Source: Macrostomum lignano (lineage: Eukaryota). From it: a stretch of DNA of 53,902 nt. The stretch lies in assembly GCA_002269645.1 (NCBI GenBank), contig NIVC01004234.1, forward strand, positions 1 through 53,902, in the 5' to 3' direction. Positions within the stretch are counted from its first letter, which is position 1, and each line of letters starts with the position of its first letter. Shown in pieces: positions 21,771 to 43,475 of the stretch. The translations under genes were made by a program, and so were the position numbers. The notes beneath the pieces were generated by a model, which saw nothing but the letters and a program-made list of their open reading frames with translations, was not told where the DNA came from and made no database searches.

Positions 21771-24763
21771 TTAAGCAGGAGTGCTCCGCATCTGCACAAC
21801 GACAACTGGCTCCTCCATCTTGCGCAGCCGCTTACTCAGGCGTTCTGGCAGCACAGACTCAAGCAGTTGCCACCTGGACTCCATAATGAAGCTCTTGTGC
21901 AGCAGGTTGAGCTGTCGCATGGTTTCCCGATAATCGTAGGTGTCCGACACCAGCTTGGACATGACGCCGATCAGAAAGTTGAGCATCACAATCGCCGTGG
22001 TGCTGTAGAGCAAGGTGCTCAGCAGGCGGAAGGACACCCTGACGGATTCGAGCTCACGATGGCTGTCAGGTGCCGTAGAGTTTTTGGCGGCCTGAGCCTC
22101 AACGGTGAACGATCTCACTCCCATGAGGAATTCGTACGCGTCGAAGATTCTGAGATCCCGGATGCCGCTGTCCGCGAGGCCGGCGATCAGCTGAAATGTC
22201 GCCAGAACCGGCAGCACGAAAGAGGCACCAAGGCAGGTGAGCTTCACCTGTTTGACCATCATCAGAATGTAATAGCCCAGTCCGGGCACGTACAGAAACA
22301 CACTGATGACGTGCAGAAGCTGCAGGCAGCTGGACCAGGCGATGAGGCTGTTGCGAACCATCGCGTGGTTCGGATTTCCATCGTCCCAGGCGAGTCCGGC
22401 AGCGAGGCAGGCGACTCCGACGCTGTTCGCCAGCCGGCTGAAGGCCATGTTGCTCACTGGCTCACTGCTGCAGCAGTAGAGCAGAGCCTCTGCTGCCTTC
22501 TGTCTGCAAGTTTGAGGTGAAAGTTTTAAGGACCTGATCAAACTGTTTGACTGTCCGTAAGTTGTCTGAATGCCTTCAAGCTTGGCGCGCAATATGCTTC
22601 TAAATAACCTATCTCACTTCTACCTGTCTGAGACTCTTTTTAGACAGTGAGCTAGCAGGAGATTCCTTTCAGGTCCCAGTTCAGGCCTTACGCTGGCCTG
22701 TCAGCCGCAGCCGGCACCACCGGGGTGTACTCTGAACCGCGTCGAAACTTCCGCACCGCAACAAACACCTGCCGAGCAACCGAAACAGCGTCAAGACAGT
22801 CTACCGACAAACTGACGGCCACCATGAACCAGGCGGCCGCTGAAACTCCCGGCCGAAGGCGCCCGCTTGCCGATGCGTCCACCATCAGTTGGCTGACTCC
22901 GAAGGCGGCGGCAAAGTGCAGACAGACGAGCAGGCTGAGGTCCCAAATCACCGAGGCCAGGTGCTGCCACCGGTGTCTGCTGGTCAGGCGCTGACCCAGC
23001 ACTGCCAGCACCAGCGACTGGGAGCAGCCGCGGTGATAGCCGGCCAGATATTCGATGTTGAAGACGACGGGGACCCAGGCCAGGTACTCGAAGTCCAGCT
23101 GCCCGCTGGTGTCCAGACGAATCTCGACAAGCCGGCGTCTGTCGTCACAATGGAGCTCTCGGCAGATGGCGGTGTCGGAGTCCAGCAGCCAGCTGAACAG
23201 TGAGTAGGCCTGGCTGAAGTCCGCCAGCATCAGCGGCAGCTCCTGATCGACATTTCGATGCGAGAACATCGCCTGCGGTTTATGGTTTAAAGGAGTAACA
23301 TTGAGCAGTAGGTGGATGCTTGGGTGCTGTTGGCGAGCACATGATGCACTGTAATGAAGGCACATGATGCACTGTAATGAGGCCCATGATGCACTGTAAT
23401 GAGGCCCATGATGCACTGTAATGAAGGCACATGATGCACTGTAATGAAGGCACATGATGCTCTGTAATGAAGGTACATGATGCACTGTAATGAAGGTACT
23501 CGTACATGATACACTGTAATGAAGGTACATGATGCACTGTAATGAAGGTACATGATGCACTGTAATGAAGGTACATGATGCACTGTAATGAAGGCACATG
23601 ATGCTCTGTAATGAAGGCACATGATGCTCTGTAATTAAGGCACATGATGCTCTGTAATGAAGGTACATGATGCACTGTAATGAAGGCACATGATGCACTG
23701 TAATGAAGGCACATGATGCTCTGTAATGAAGGTACATGATGCACTGTAAAGAAAATACATGATGCACTGTAATAAAGGTACATGATGCACTGTAATAAAG
23801 GTACATGATGCACTGTAATTAAGGTACATGATGCACTGTAATTAAGGTACATGATGCACTGTAATTAAGGTACATGATGCACTGTAATAAAGGTACATGA
23901 TGCACTGTAATTAAGGTACATGATGCACTGTAATTAAGGTACATGATGCACTGTAATTAAGGTACATGATGCACTGTAATTAAGGTACATGATGCACTGT
24001 AATTAAGGTACATGATGCTCTGCAATTAAGGTACATGATGCACTGTAATTAAGGTACATGATGCACTGTAATTAAGGTACATGATGCACTGTAATTAAGG
24101 TACATGATGCACTGTAATTAAGGTACATGATGCACTGTAATTAAGGTAAATCATGCACTATAAAGAACTTAGGAAGGTGTTTAGTGATGTAGTTGAGTTA
24201 CATGAATTTTATTTATCAAAGTCGGCTGTGACTACTGATATTTTTGGGCAGGTTCGTGTCTACTTTTAGTAGTCAGCCAAGCATAAATTTACCTGAAACG
24301 CTTCGCTCCGCCGCACCTCCGCCTCGATGGTATCTAAGAATTTGAGCATACGAGACTCCCCCGCTGAGTCTTCTGAGTTGATCTCGCCAGATTCGACTAA
24401 TCTGGCCGCCACATGCAAAACGCTGTCTCCGTTGCGCTCCAACTGTTGGCCTAGAAAAGCTTGCCTACCTTCGCCTAGCAACAGCTTAGCAACCAGGTTA
24501 AAGCAGCGAGATGCGCCGTTGACAACGCACTGGCTGGTTAGCCGGGAGATGTGCAGCTGAAATTTCCACTGGTCGTTGAATTCCTGCAGCGAGTCGGCAT
24601 TCTCGACTTTGGAGAGCTTGGCGGCAAAGTCCGAGTCAAAGTCGGTCGCGAGAGCCGCCTCCAGGCCGTGCTCACTCAGCAGCTGCGACAGCAGCTCAGC
24701 GTTGTCGGCTCGAACTGCGGCGGTGACCGCCGACTTGGCGTCTGGCTGCAGCTGCTCCGGCAT
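21771..24763 (-). CDS. divergent ankyrin-repeat/TRP-like cation channel. Exons 24763-24293, 23272-22692, 22599-21771 (626 aa); a further 5' exon at 24982-24902 is possible
   Basis: Ankyrin-like NGDSVLHVAARL, several TM helices, and S6/TRP-like LLYSTTAIVMLNFLIGVMSKLVSDTY. GT-AG introns have matching phases (0,2). Confidence 0.68.
23338..24160. repeat. 23-bp minisatellite CATGATGCACTGTAAT(G/T)AAGG(C/T)A, filling most of a TRP-like intron
   Basis: Direct reading; two variant domains. Confidence 0.96.
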
Positions 24764-24787
24764 GGGGGACTCGGCGCTTCTGCTCGG

Positions 24788-24807
24788 AGTCTGTCTGTCT
24801 GTCTGTC

Positions 24808-24888
<81 letters not shown>
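24788..24888. repeat. (TCTG)n microsatellite
   Basis: Direct reading. Confidence 0.96.
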
Positions 24889-24890
<2 letters not shown>

Positions 24891-26084
24891 TAGTATATCA
24901 CCTTGTGCCGATGCACTGTACCTTGTCCGATCTTCTGTCCGGTGAGCAGTCTCTCGCAAGGGAAATCAGCATTTTCTGCCATTTTGCTATCTTATAACTG
25001 CAGCGATAATCACAGAAGTCAGTTCTGTCTGACCAGCCGCAGCTCCCAGCCAGAGCAAACACTGCGGGCATCGCATTTGTTTGCCAACTGCATCATCCGA
25101 ATTGACTTTTCTTGGGCCGCTGGGGATTAATTAAATCACTTGTGCGCGCGCACTGCCAGACTTACGAACACCTTGTATTCGTACCTAGTGCTGCACCCAG
25201 GTATACCTTGGCGAAAAAATTTTTTGCCTAGTATTGCGGGAGACAGAAGTAGGCAGAAACTGGTAAGTTCGCTAGCACTTTGCCAAGTAAGAAATTTTGG
25301 CACACAAGTTCAAACCTTGAGCTCAAGAGTTCTCACCCAGTAAACCCGAGAGGAAATTACAGCAGCCACAAGCTAACGTCTGGGATGTAGGCGTTCTTGT
25401 GGGGGGTGGGGGTGTGAGGGGACAGGAAGAGGATTTTTATCGACTTCTCCATAAGTAACAGCTGTTTAGTAACAGCTGTCATAGCAACAGAACTTAGGGG
25501 AAATCTCTGATATTACTTCCAACATGAGGGTCTCGGAGTGCGGAGGTTGTTGAATTCACACTGTCTGTACTTCGACAGGAAGTGAGAAATTGTTGGGGTC
25601 GATTAGAACTGCTCGGCAACAGCAGGGCAGGGCTACTTAAGTATATACGTTACTTTATTCGTCCTTGCAGCAGGGTAGAGTGCGCGGGCTGAGATTAGCA
25701 ATAAAAGTCGTGACTAATCTGACACCCGCCGCAACGTAAGGAGTTTTATTTATATTACATCGCCTTCTGGATGATCTGGTTTCACTAACGCAAGCCGAGA
25801 GACAGATTGCATCACAGTGACGCAAGTTCTACGGTAAGCTGAGTTCTGTACCCCTAATACTCTTTGAATGTCCGCACTCGACACTGTGCAATAGAGTCTG
25901 TATTATAAGACCTCATTTCGGTGCAAGACTGAGCTTTGGACTATACGGCCACCGAATCTGCAAGTTCATGGCAGGTCAACACAGTGTTAGCCATTATGAT
26001 TAGGTCTTAGTAGTCTTGCTTGAGAAGAATTGTTCCAGATTGTAGCGCAGGCTCTTGCTACAAATTCCTTTATAATTTCAATGA

Positions 26085-26150
26085 GAGCTAGAATAGAGGT
26101 GAACAGATTGGACTGCTGATGCAGCGACTTGGGTTCGATCTTAGTAGTGT
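26085..26150 (+). mobile_element. possible degenerate tRNA-derived SINE head
   Basis: B-box-like GGGTTCGATC preceded by a tRNA-like segment and followed by an A-rich tract. Similar weak heads lie at about 47865-47935 (+) and 42140-42200 (-). Confidence 0.3.
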
Positions 26151-26244
26151 AAAATAAAAAATAAAAGTAGCATAAATTTTTTCATTGAAAGCTTTTATTA
26201 AAGGACTAATTAAAAAGACCTGGATTATGGCACAAGATGAACCA

Positions 26245-26760
26245 AGGATTATTGCACTTGATAAGCCAAGGATTATTGCACTTGATAAACCAAGGATTAT
26301 TGCACTTGATAAACCAAGGATTACTGCACTTGATAAACTAGAAATTATTGCACTTGATAAACCAAAGATTATTGCACTTGATAAACCAACTGCACTTGAT
26401 AAACCAAGGATTACTGCACTTGATAAACCAAGGATTACTGCACTTGATAAACCAAGGATTACTGCGCTTGATAAGTCATGGATTATTGCACTTGATAAGC
26501 CAAGGATTATCGCACTTGATAAACCAAGGATTACTGCACTTGATAAACTAGAAATTATTGCACTTGATAAACCAAAGATTATTGCACTTGATAAACCAAC
26601 TGCACTTGATAAACCAAGGATTACTGCACTTGATAAACCAAGGATTATCGCACTTTGATAATAAGGAATATTGTAATTGATAAACCAAGGATTATTGCAC
26701 TTGATAAGCCAAGGATTACTGCACTAGATTATAAAGGGCTATTGCACTAGCTGAGACATC
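26245..26760. repeat. 24-bp minisatellite GGATTATTGCACTTGATAAACCAA with a duplicated higher-order block
   Basis: Direct reading; the gataaactagaaattattgc...ccaactgcac block occurs twice (about 26330 and 26545). Confidence 0.94.
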
Positions 26761-26957
26761 GATTTTTGGACTTGATGAGTAAAGGATTATTGCACTAGCT
26801 GAGAAGCTGATTTTTGCGCTGTCTAAAAAAGAGATTATTGCGCTCGCTGAGACGTGGATTGTTGCAAAACCTGAGAAAGCGATTATTGCATTAGCGGAGG
26901 TAACATGTCAAATGTTGCATTAGCAACAAGAGCAAGAGCAAGCCTGCATTATGTAGG

Positions 26958-27432
26958 GTGATGCTTGCTGTCTGGAGGATGCTTGCTCTCGAGGGGGGAT
27001 ACTTGCTATTGGGAGAGGGGGTACTGGCTACATGTATGGAATTCTTTCTATCCAGGGATGCTTGCTATTTAGGGATTCTTGCTATCTGCAGGATGCTTGC
27101 TATCTGGGTGGATTCTTCTATAATATCTGGGCGGTGCTTGCTATCTGCAGGATGCTTGCTATCTGGGTGGATGCTTCAACAATATCTGGGGGATGCTTGC
27201 TATCTGCAGAATGCTTGCTATCTGGGTGGATGCTTCTATCTGGGGGATGCTTGCTATCTGCAGAATGCTTGCTATCTGGGTGGATGCTTCTATCTGGGGG
27301 ATGCTTGCTATCTGCAGATGCTTGCTATCTGGGGTGATGCTTGCTATGAGCATTAGAGGATGCTTGCTATCTGCAGATGCTTGCTATCTGGGGTGATGCT
27401 TGCTATGAGCATTAGAGGATGCTTGCTATCTG
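26958..27432. repeat. about 17-bp minisatellite GATGCTTGCTATCTG(CA/GG) with higher-order variants
   Basis: Direct reading. Confidence 0.9.
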
Positions 27433-28105
27433 CGGTCGTTTACTTTTGGAGGGGGGTGCTTGCTGTCTTGGGAATATTTTCTATTTCTATTTAGGGGAAG
27501 CTATATTTTGTAGTCTGTTGTTAATTTTAGAGAAAAAGTGGTTCTTTCACTTTGCAAACATCTTTGTCCGTGACAATTTTACACGAATAAGATGGTTTTT
27601 AAAAGTGAAGAAGGAATTGGTGTTTAAGAAAATGTGCCTTTTTATTTTTTTCCATGAACTGTTTTTGCTCCTTTCTTATTGGGCGCCCCGAAGGGGGCCG
27701 CACTAGATTGCTAGTTCTAACTAATCTGTTTCAGAGTGTGCACAAGTCACCATCAAGGCCAGTGCGAAGCAAAGAGAATTAGACTGTCCCTCTCTATCCG
27801 AGGTTAATTTTACAACTGACTCAGCCTGCTGCTCACTTCGCTGTGGGTCCCCGCATCGCCAGTAGCCGAGAATAGAGCGCCTTGGAACAACAGAAAAGTG
27901 AAAAAAATAGACGAAAATAGGAGGGTCAGTGGTTTGCCGAACTCGAATTTGAAAGAGAATGCGAAGCGCAAAAACAGCTGGACAGGAGCTCCCTGCCCTC
28001 ACCGCACGCCGCCCTACAGCTTTTCTATTTAATTCTTTCGTTTGCTGCAAAAACAAAAAACGCTTGCCACCGCACCAGCCCCGCAGAGCAGAGCAGCTCA
28101 AGTGA

Positions 28106-29854
28106 ATGGCTGCACCAGCTGCACCCATGAATACCTCAGTTTCCTCAGCGTCGACCAACGCCAGCGCCAGTGAGGTGGAGAGCAGGTCGCTGAGCCGCCG
28201 TCGGCGACATCGTGCCAGCTGCCTGCGCCGCTGCTGCGCCGGAGTCTGCATCGCCTCCGCCATCGCCTGCGTAGTTCTCGGCGCCGCCGTAGCTCTGGGA
28301 TTCGATCGAGTGTTCAGCGACCATCTCAAGGCGGTGATGCCATTGGCTAACGGGTCCATGTCCTACCAGGGCTGGGAGAAAGTTCCCACCGAGATCCTAT
28401 TCCAGGTGTGGCTGTTCAACGTCACGAATCCGAGCGCTGTGGTGAAGGCCGGGGCCGCGCCCGCTCTGGAGCAGCTGGGCCCCTTCACCTTTGTCGAGAC
28501 CAGACAGAAGAGGGACATCGAGTTCCACGAGAACGGCACCGTGTCCTACCGCGAGTTCCTCCGGTACAGATTCCGGCCGGACCTGTCAGTTGGCGATCTC
28601 AGGGATTTTCAAGTCACCTCCGTCAACATGCCCTACCTGGTGACCAGCTTCCAGATGAGATTCGAGTCCATCTTTCTGCGCAAGATGGTTGACAGCTACC
28701 TGCGCGAGTACAGCGGAGGCCTGTTTGTCACCCGCTCAGCGGGAGAGATCTTGCTGGGCTATCGAGATCCCGGCCTAGCCAAGATTGAGTCTCTTGTCAA
28801 AATGTTGAGTCCAAACCAGAGATTCCAGTCGACAACTGGTCTGTTCGCCGGTCAGAACGACACGGACAAAGGCTGCATGCTGGTCAATACCGGCAGACAG
28901 AACCTGAGCCTTTTCAATCAGGTTGAACGGTGGAAAGGTGTCGATCGGCTGAGCTTGTGGAGCCAGGACTGGGCCAACAGAGTGGCCGGGACAGACGGCA
29001 GCATGTTCCCGCCGCCTGTGCGGCCAGCTGACAGGCTAACCCTGTTCGTACCGGACATTTGCCGGCCCATAGACATTGTGTACAACAGTTCGGGCACTGT
29101 TGAAGGCATCCCGGTACTGCGGTTCCGCCCGCCCCCAGAGCTGCTGATGAATGCGACACTGTGGCCACCGAACCAGGCCTTCTGCCAGCCGGATTGCCTC
29201 GATTCGGGCGTGCTGAACGTTACCACCTGCCAGCACAATGTCCCCATCGTGGTATCGTCGCCTCACTTTTTCGGAGCCCCGGCCTATCAGACGGCGGTAA
29301 CAGGGCTCGACCCAACGCCGGATCTGGAAACAGTGGTGAACGTGGAGCCAAACACGGGCTTCGTGCTGAGCGCGCAGCGCAAGATGCAGAGCAGCGTCAT
29401 TGTCCAGCGGGTGCCGGGCTTCGAACAGACTGAGCGACTCAATACCTCCCTGCTGCTGATGCCGCTAATGTGGCTGAATGAAAGCGCCAAGATCGAGCCG
29501 GGCAAGGCTGCGCTGTTTCGTCTGCACCTGCTGACACCAATTCGGGCGGCTACCTGGGGCCAGTGGGTCCTGATCGGCGTGGGCCTCCTCTGGACGGCCG
29601 CAGCGGCTCTCACGTGCAGTCTGACGGCTCGGCGGCGACGGCAGCGGCTGAGGCGCGGAGCGGAGCTCGATCGGGCGCGAGAGGAGTCGGAGGCGACCGG
29701 GACGATTCCAAAGCAGACGGCGACGGCGACGACTACGCTGCGCCTAATGGACGATGACGAGGGCCCTGAGGCGTCCAAGACTATTGGCGTCAAGTGCGCA
29801 AACGGCTGCTCACCTTCAGCCTGCATCGGCTGCCACCTGAACACAGAGGCTTGA
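28106..29854 (+). CDS. SCARB-like: CD36/SCARB (LIMP-2/SR-BI-like) scavenger receptor, intronless, 582 aa
   Basis: Two terminal TM helices plus family motifs WLFNVTNP, EQLGPFTFVE, VAGTDGSMFPP, VLRF, SSPHF, VEPNTG and PLMWLNE; many N-x-S/T sequons. Confidence 0.93.
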   Translation: MAAPAAPMNTSVSSASTNASASEVESRSLSRRRRHRASCLRRCCAGVCIASAIACVVLGAAVALGFDRVFSDHLKAVMPLANGSMSYQGWEKVPTEILFQVWLFNVTNPSAVVKAGAAPALEQLGPFTFVETRQKRDIEFHENGTVSYREFLRYRFRPDLSVGDLRDFQVTSVNMPYLVTSFQMRFESIFLRKMVDSYLREYSGGLFVTRSAGEILLGYRDPGLAKIESLVKMLSPNQRFQSTTGLFAGQNDTDKGCMLVNTGRQNLSLFNQVERWKGVDRLSLWSQDWANRVAGTDGSMFPPPVRPADRLTLFVPDICRPIDIVYNSSGTVEGIPVLRFRPPPELLMNATLWPPNQAFCQPDCLDSGVLNVTTCQHNVPIVVSSPHFFGAPAYQTAVTGLDPTPDLETVVNVEPNTGFVLSAQRKMQSSVIVQRVPGFEQTERLNTSLLLMPLMWLNESAKIEPGKAALFRLHLLTPIRAATWGQWVLIGVGLLWTAAAALTCSLTARRRRQRLRRGAELDRAREESEATGTIPKQTATATTTLRLMDDDEGPEASKTIGVKCANGCSPSACIGCHLNTEA

Positions 29855-30324
29855 TTTTTTGCCTTTCAGCTGAATGGATTGACGTCTGCTGAAATGCTGG
29901 TCTCCGTGTTTGTTCAAAGAAACTGGTCAATTTGATAGCTCGTTTGTACTTTGTACCGTATTCTTCATCTGCTATCTGATGGTGTTGGCATTGGCAGCAG
30001 ATAAATTTTCACATTGTCTCTCTAATGGCTCGACATCAGGGCAACCCATATAAACTATATACCTTCACAATATACTAAATCTCTAATATTTTAGTAGATA
30101 CTAAATGTATGCTAAACAGTACGCTTAAGTTGATACAGTGTGATGAAACGAACAAATATACCATAAATGTATGCTACACGGTATTACATTGTTTTACATA
30201 TAATGAAATTGCCAGACAATGTTATACATTGCGCATCCTGCCTAGTCTGCCTGAGCTCTGCTCACTCGTTTTTCCGCCCCTACCTAGAACCCCTCTGCTA
30301 GGTCTGGGCACAGATATCTGTGGG

Positions 30325-30815
30325 TCTGGGTTTGGGCCTCGCCCCACCCCCACCCCTCTGTAATCCTGCCCCTGAGTCCCTCCTCCAGGGTGTTGGGCTT
30401 GGGCCTCGCCCCCACCCCCTGTTTTCCTGCCCCCCCCCCGAGTCCCTTCTCTTCCAGGGTGTTGGGTTTGGGCCTCGCCCCATCCCCATGTTTTCCTGCC
30501 CTTCAGTCCCTCATCGAGGGTGTTGGGCTTGGGCCTCGCCTCCAACCCTCCCCCCCTCTGTTTTCCTGCCCCTGGGTCCCTCCTCCTCCAGGGTGTTGGG
30601 CTTGGGCCTCGCCTCCAACCCCCCCTGTTTTCCTGCCCCTGGGTCCCTCCTCCTCCAGGGTGTTGGGCTTGGGCCTCGCCTCCAACCCCCCCTGTTTTCC
30701 TGCCCCTGGGTCCCTCCTCCTCCGGGGTATTGGGCTTGGGCCTCGCCCCAACCCCCCTGTTTTCCTGCCCCTGGGTTCCTCCTATTCCAGGGTGTTGGGC
30801 TTGCCCCACCCCTCC
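30325..30815. repeat. about 63-66-bp GC-rich minisatellite (gggtgttgggcttgggcctcgcctccaacccccctgttttcctgcccctgggtccctcctcctcca)
   Basis: Direct reading, about 8 copies. Confidence 0.92.
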
Positions 30816-30949
30816 CCATGTTTTCTTAGAAAAACTGGTGAGCTGGTGAATGACCTTTGTATGCTACAATAAGTACGTACAAGTTAAGTTATAAATTAAT
30901 TTCTATAAATTTTAAAGTTAGGACAGTAACTTTTTATTGGTGATTTATA

Positions 30950-31220
30950 CTCAGCAACATTGAAAAGTCGCCATCACAGAAGATTCCGTCTGTGGTCGCC
31001 ACTTTTGAGAGAGTGCAGGTAAAGTCTCTCTCAATATTTGCGAGTGACGCAACTCAGCTACGCCACGGCAGACTTGAGTTGAGGAGTGAAGTGGGGGGAG
31101 CGGTGTGCGAGGGTTGGGCGGATTAAAGCTACCCCGATCAGTTTTCTTGTATATCTTTTATTTCAGAATAGTCCAAGAGAAATTGCTCACTTGCTCACTC
31201 GACTTTTCAATGTTGCTGAG
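30950..31220. mobile_element. 271-bp MITE, Tc1/mariner type
   Basis: Perfect 21-bp TIRs CTCAGCAACATTGAAAAGTCG (30950-30970) and CGACTTTTCAATGTTGCTGAG (31200-31220), flanked by TA on both sides. Confidence 0.85.
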
Positions 31221-31619
31221 TATAGTTAATGTAAAATAACTTTAGCAATAATATACGAGCCTACAGTTTAAAGTGCGACATATTCAAGTCAAGTGGCAAC
31301 AGGCCAAATCAAGTTGCAAATTTTTAATTCAGGGTTACTAAAGCATCATACATAATGCGTCAAGTGATATCCCATTTTTTGCTGCCCGGCCCACTCCCAC
31401 CCCAACTTCTCTGCGCGCCGATTGGGCAGTCTTTCTTGCCCTTCCCCCCCTTGGTTCATCTAATCAGCTCTACCCTGTTGCGGTGTGTGCTGATTGGCTG
31501 TGCTGGCTCTCTCTACCCCTCCCCCTATTTGTTAATTATTTAATGGTAATTATTTTGCCCTCTGCCTGGGTCCCTCCTCTAGCCTCGGCTCGCTTAGCGG
31601 CACCTGAAGCGTTTTTCAA

Positions 31620-31730
31620 ATTGGTTGAGCCGCTGTCGACCGTGATTGGCGGAGCTCCTATTGGTTGAGCCGCTGTCGACCGTGATTGGCGGAGCTCCTA
31701 TTGGTTGAGCCGCTGTCCACCGTGATTGGC
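31620..31730. repeat. 40-bp tandem repeat, about 2.7 copies, with two ATTGG per unit
   Basis: ttggttgagccgctgtcgaccgtgattggcggagctccta is repeated. Confidence 0.9.
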
Positions 31731-32511
31731 TGGCCGTAAAGACGGTCTCTTACTACAATAGACTCAATTTATTGGCTGCTCAATTATGTTGGATTTGCTC
31801 AGCTTCGCGCATATTAGAAAAGACAAATTATTACAGAAAGCAACCTGGCTCAACATAGAGAAATAAAAACAAGAAACCGAGACTGGCCCCTTCAACTTAT
31901 TCGACTACAACGACCAGCCATTAGTGTACGATCTTCTTTCCGGATTGTCAGACCCGGTAACTAGGTCGCATATTCATATATCGGTATATATAATAGTGAG
32001 TGTGGTCAGCGCCTACCTAAAGCGTAACATGAGCTTTATTTACCCTGCGCTAAGGCTCACTAACAGTCTAAATTGCGCTCAATCTAATTAGCCACGTACT
32101 CTTCGTACGAACTTGAGCACTTAGCCAACGTATACAGAACCAGCCTCATATTGGCATCAGCTGACTCAAACTTACGCCTCTTTCTTTGCTAAGTCTCGAG
32201 TCTTACAGTGGGTCTATTTATGTACGGCGTATTCAATATGCATTCACTATAAGTGTGCAAACGTCTGGTACGTTGCATAGGTCGACTAAATAGACTGCTG
32301 CAAGTGAGACGGCCAAGGCAGATTCTCGCATGCAGCTGTTTATTTGCTTATACTAATAATAACCAAATATAAATGCGCTCGTCTACTCTTTCACCAATAG
32401 CAAAGTTTGCGTTTTTTGCACTTTTAAAAAGAGAGAAAGAAATTATCGAACTATTCAAAAAGTTTTAAGCTCCCGCGACCGACCCAGGATTTCTGCAAGC
32501 AGGCTCCTAAT

Positions 32512-32920
32512 CTCTACTCCCTACTCCTTACTCCCTACTGCCTACTGCCTACTGCCTACTCCCTACTCCCTACTGCCTACTCCCTACTCCCTACTGCCTA
32601 CTACCTACTGCCTACTCCCTACTGCCTACTCCCTACTGCCTACTCCCTACTCCCTACTGCCTACTACCTAATCCCTACTCCCTACTGCCTACGATGTCTG
32701 CTCCCTACTCCCTACTGCCAACTCCCTACTCCCTACTGCCTACTCCCTACTCCCTACTCCCTACTGCCTACTCCCTACTGCCTACTCCCTACTCCCTACT
32801 GCCTACTCCCTACTCCCTACTCCCTACTCCCTACTGCCTACTCCCTACTCCCTACTCCCTACTGCCTACTCCCTACTCCCTACTCCCTACTGCCTACGAT
32901 TTCTACTCCCTACTTCCTAC
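32512..32920. repeat. 7-bp satellite CTACT(C/G)C
   Basis: Direct reading. Confidence 0.95.
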
Positions 32921-33838
32921 TCTCGGTTGTGAGGGAGTTCTGTGAGCCCTTGAGTGCATATTGTGCTGAATAAAGGCATATTACCAAGCCTATATAATAT
33001 TGATAGCTATACGGAGCCCAGGTGAGTCCGCTGGAACGGAAGAGCAATGTGATAATCAGAGCGCTGATGCCTTTAATCAAGTCACAGTACTGTTGCTCCA
33101 AAGTAGTGGGCTGGCTGCACTTCTAGCAACTCATCTGGTCACTCTAAAAGGCGCTTAAAAGTGTAAAAATGCACGCTCCTGACTACTCAAGGAAGAGCTC
33201 TTGGCCGATGCGGTTACAATTTAAGCTAAGCTGCAGCAGTCTATCCACAGCTCACAGTCTAAACGAGTAAGCTGGAGAGTGACTTTTCACTTTCTGCTTT
33301 TGGTTACCTAGAGACAAATTTTTCAAGCGCTCCCTGCCCTGCGCTTCAAGTACTGCATTGATAGCTTCCTTTGTGGGAGGCCTTCATGCCAGACAGACAG
33401 GCTTAGGCAAAGAAAATCAATTGCCTCAGTGCCCATAGCAATCTACCAGTAAGCCCAGGCTTAGGCATTGCCACCTGGGGACTCTCCGGCCGGATTAATT
33501 GGATCAGCTTTTGCCGCTTGAACCGTCAATTATCCGCGGGATTAGCTCCCGAACTAACTAACTAGATGCTCTAGCGGACTGAGCCACAGCTAACTAATTC
33601 AGTGTTCATTCATCGAGTCGTTTCGGTTCAATAATGTAAACAAGGTAGCAACAGAACGTTCTAATTGTAATGTTTCAGAAGGATGCGCAAAAGTATTATC
33701 AAGGATTGCAGAAACATATTCTATGATTTGAAATCCGTCCGAACCAAACAAAGCTTTCGGGTTTTTTAAATCGGTTTCTATACTTTTAGGTAATTCCTTA
33801 TTTACATGTGAAAATAACTCCGGAATGTCAAACGGACG

Positions 33839-43475
<9,637 letters not shown>

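Noticed and set aside
20614-22520. Long antisense ORFs opposite fax and the TRP-like exon (also opposite Kv and CD36)
   Set aside because: These are typical shadow ORFs of GC3-rich coding sequence, with no motif support.
31867-33480. Short protein-like frames (FNLFDYNDQPLVYDLL..., QQYCDLIKGISALIITLL...)
   Set aside because: No ATG or consistent splice chain and no recognisable family; too weak to call.
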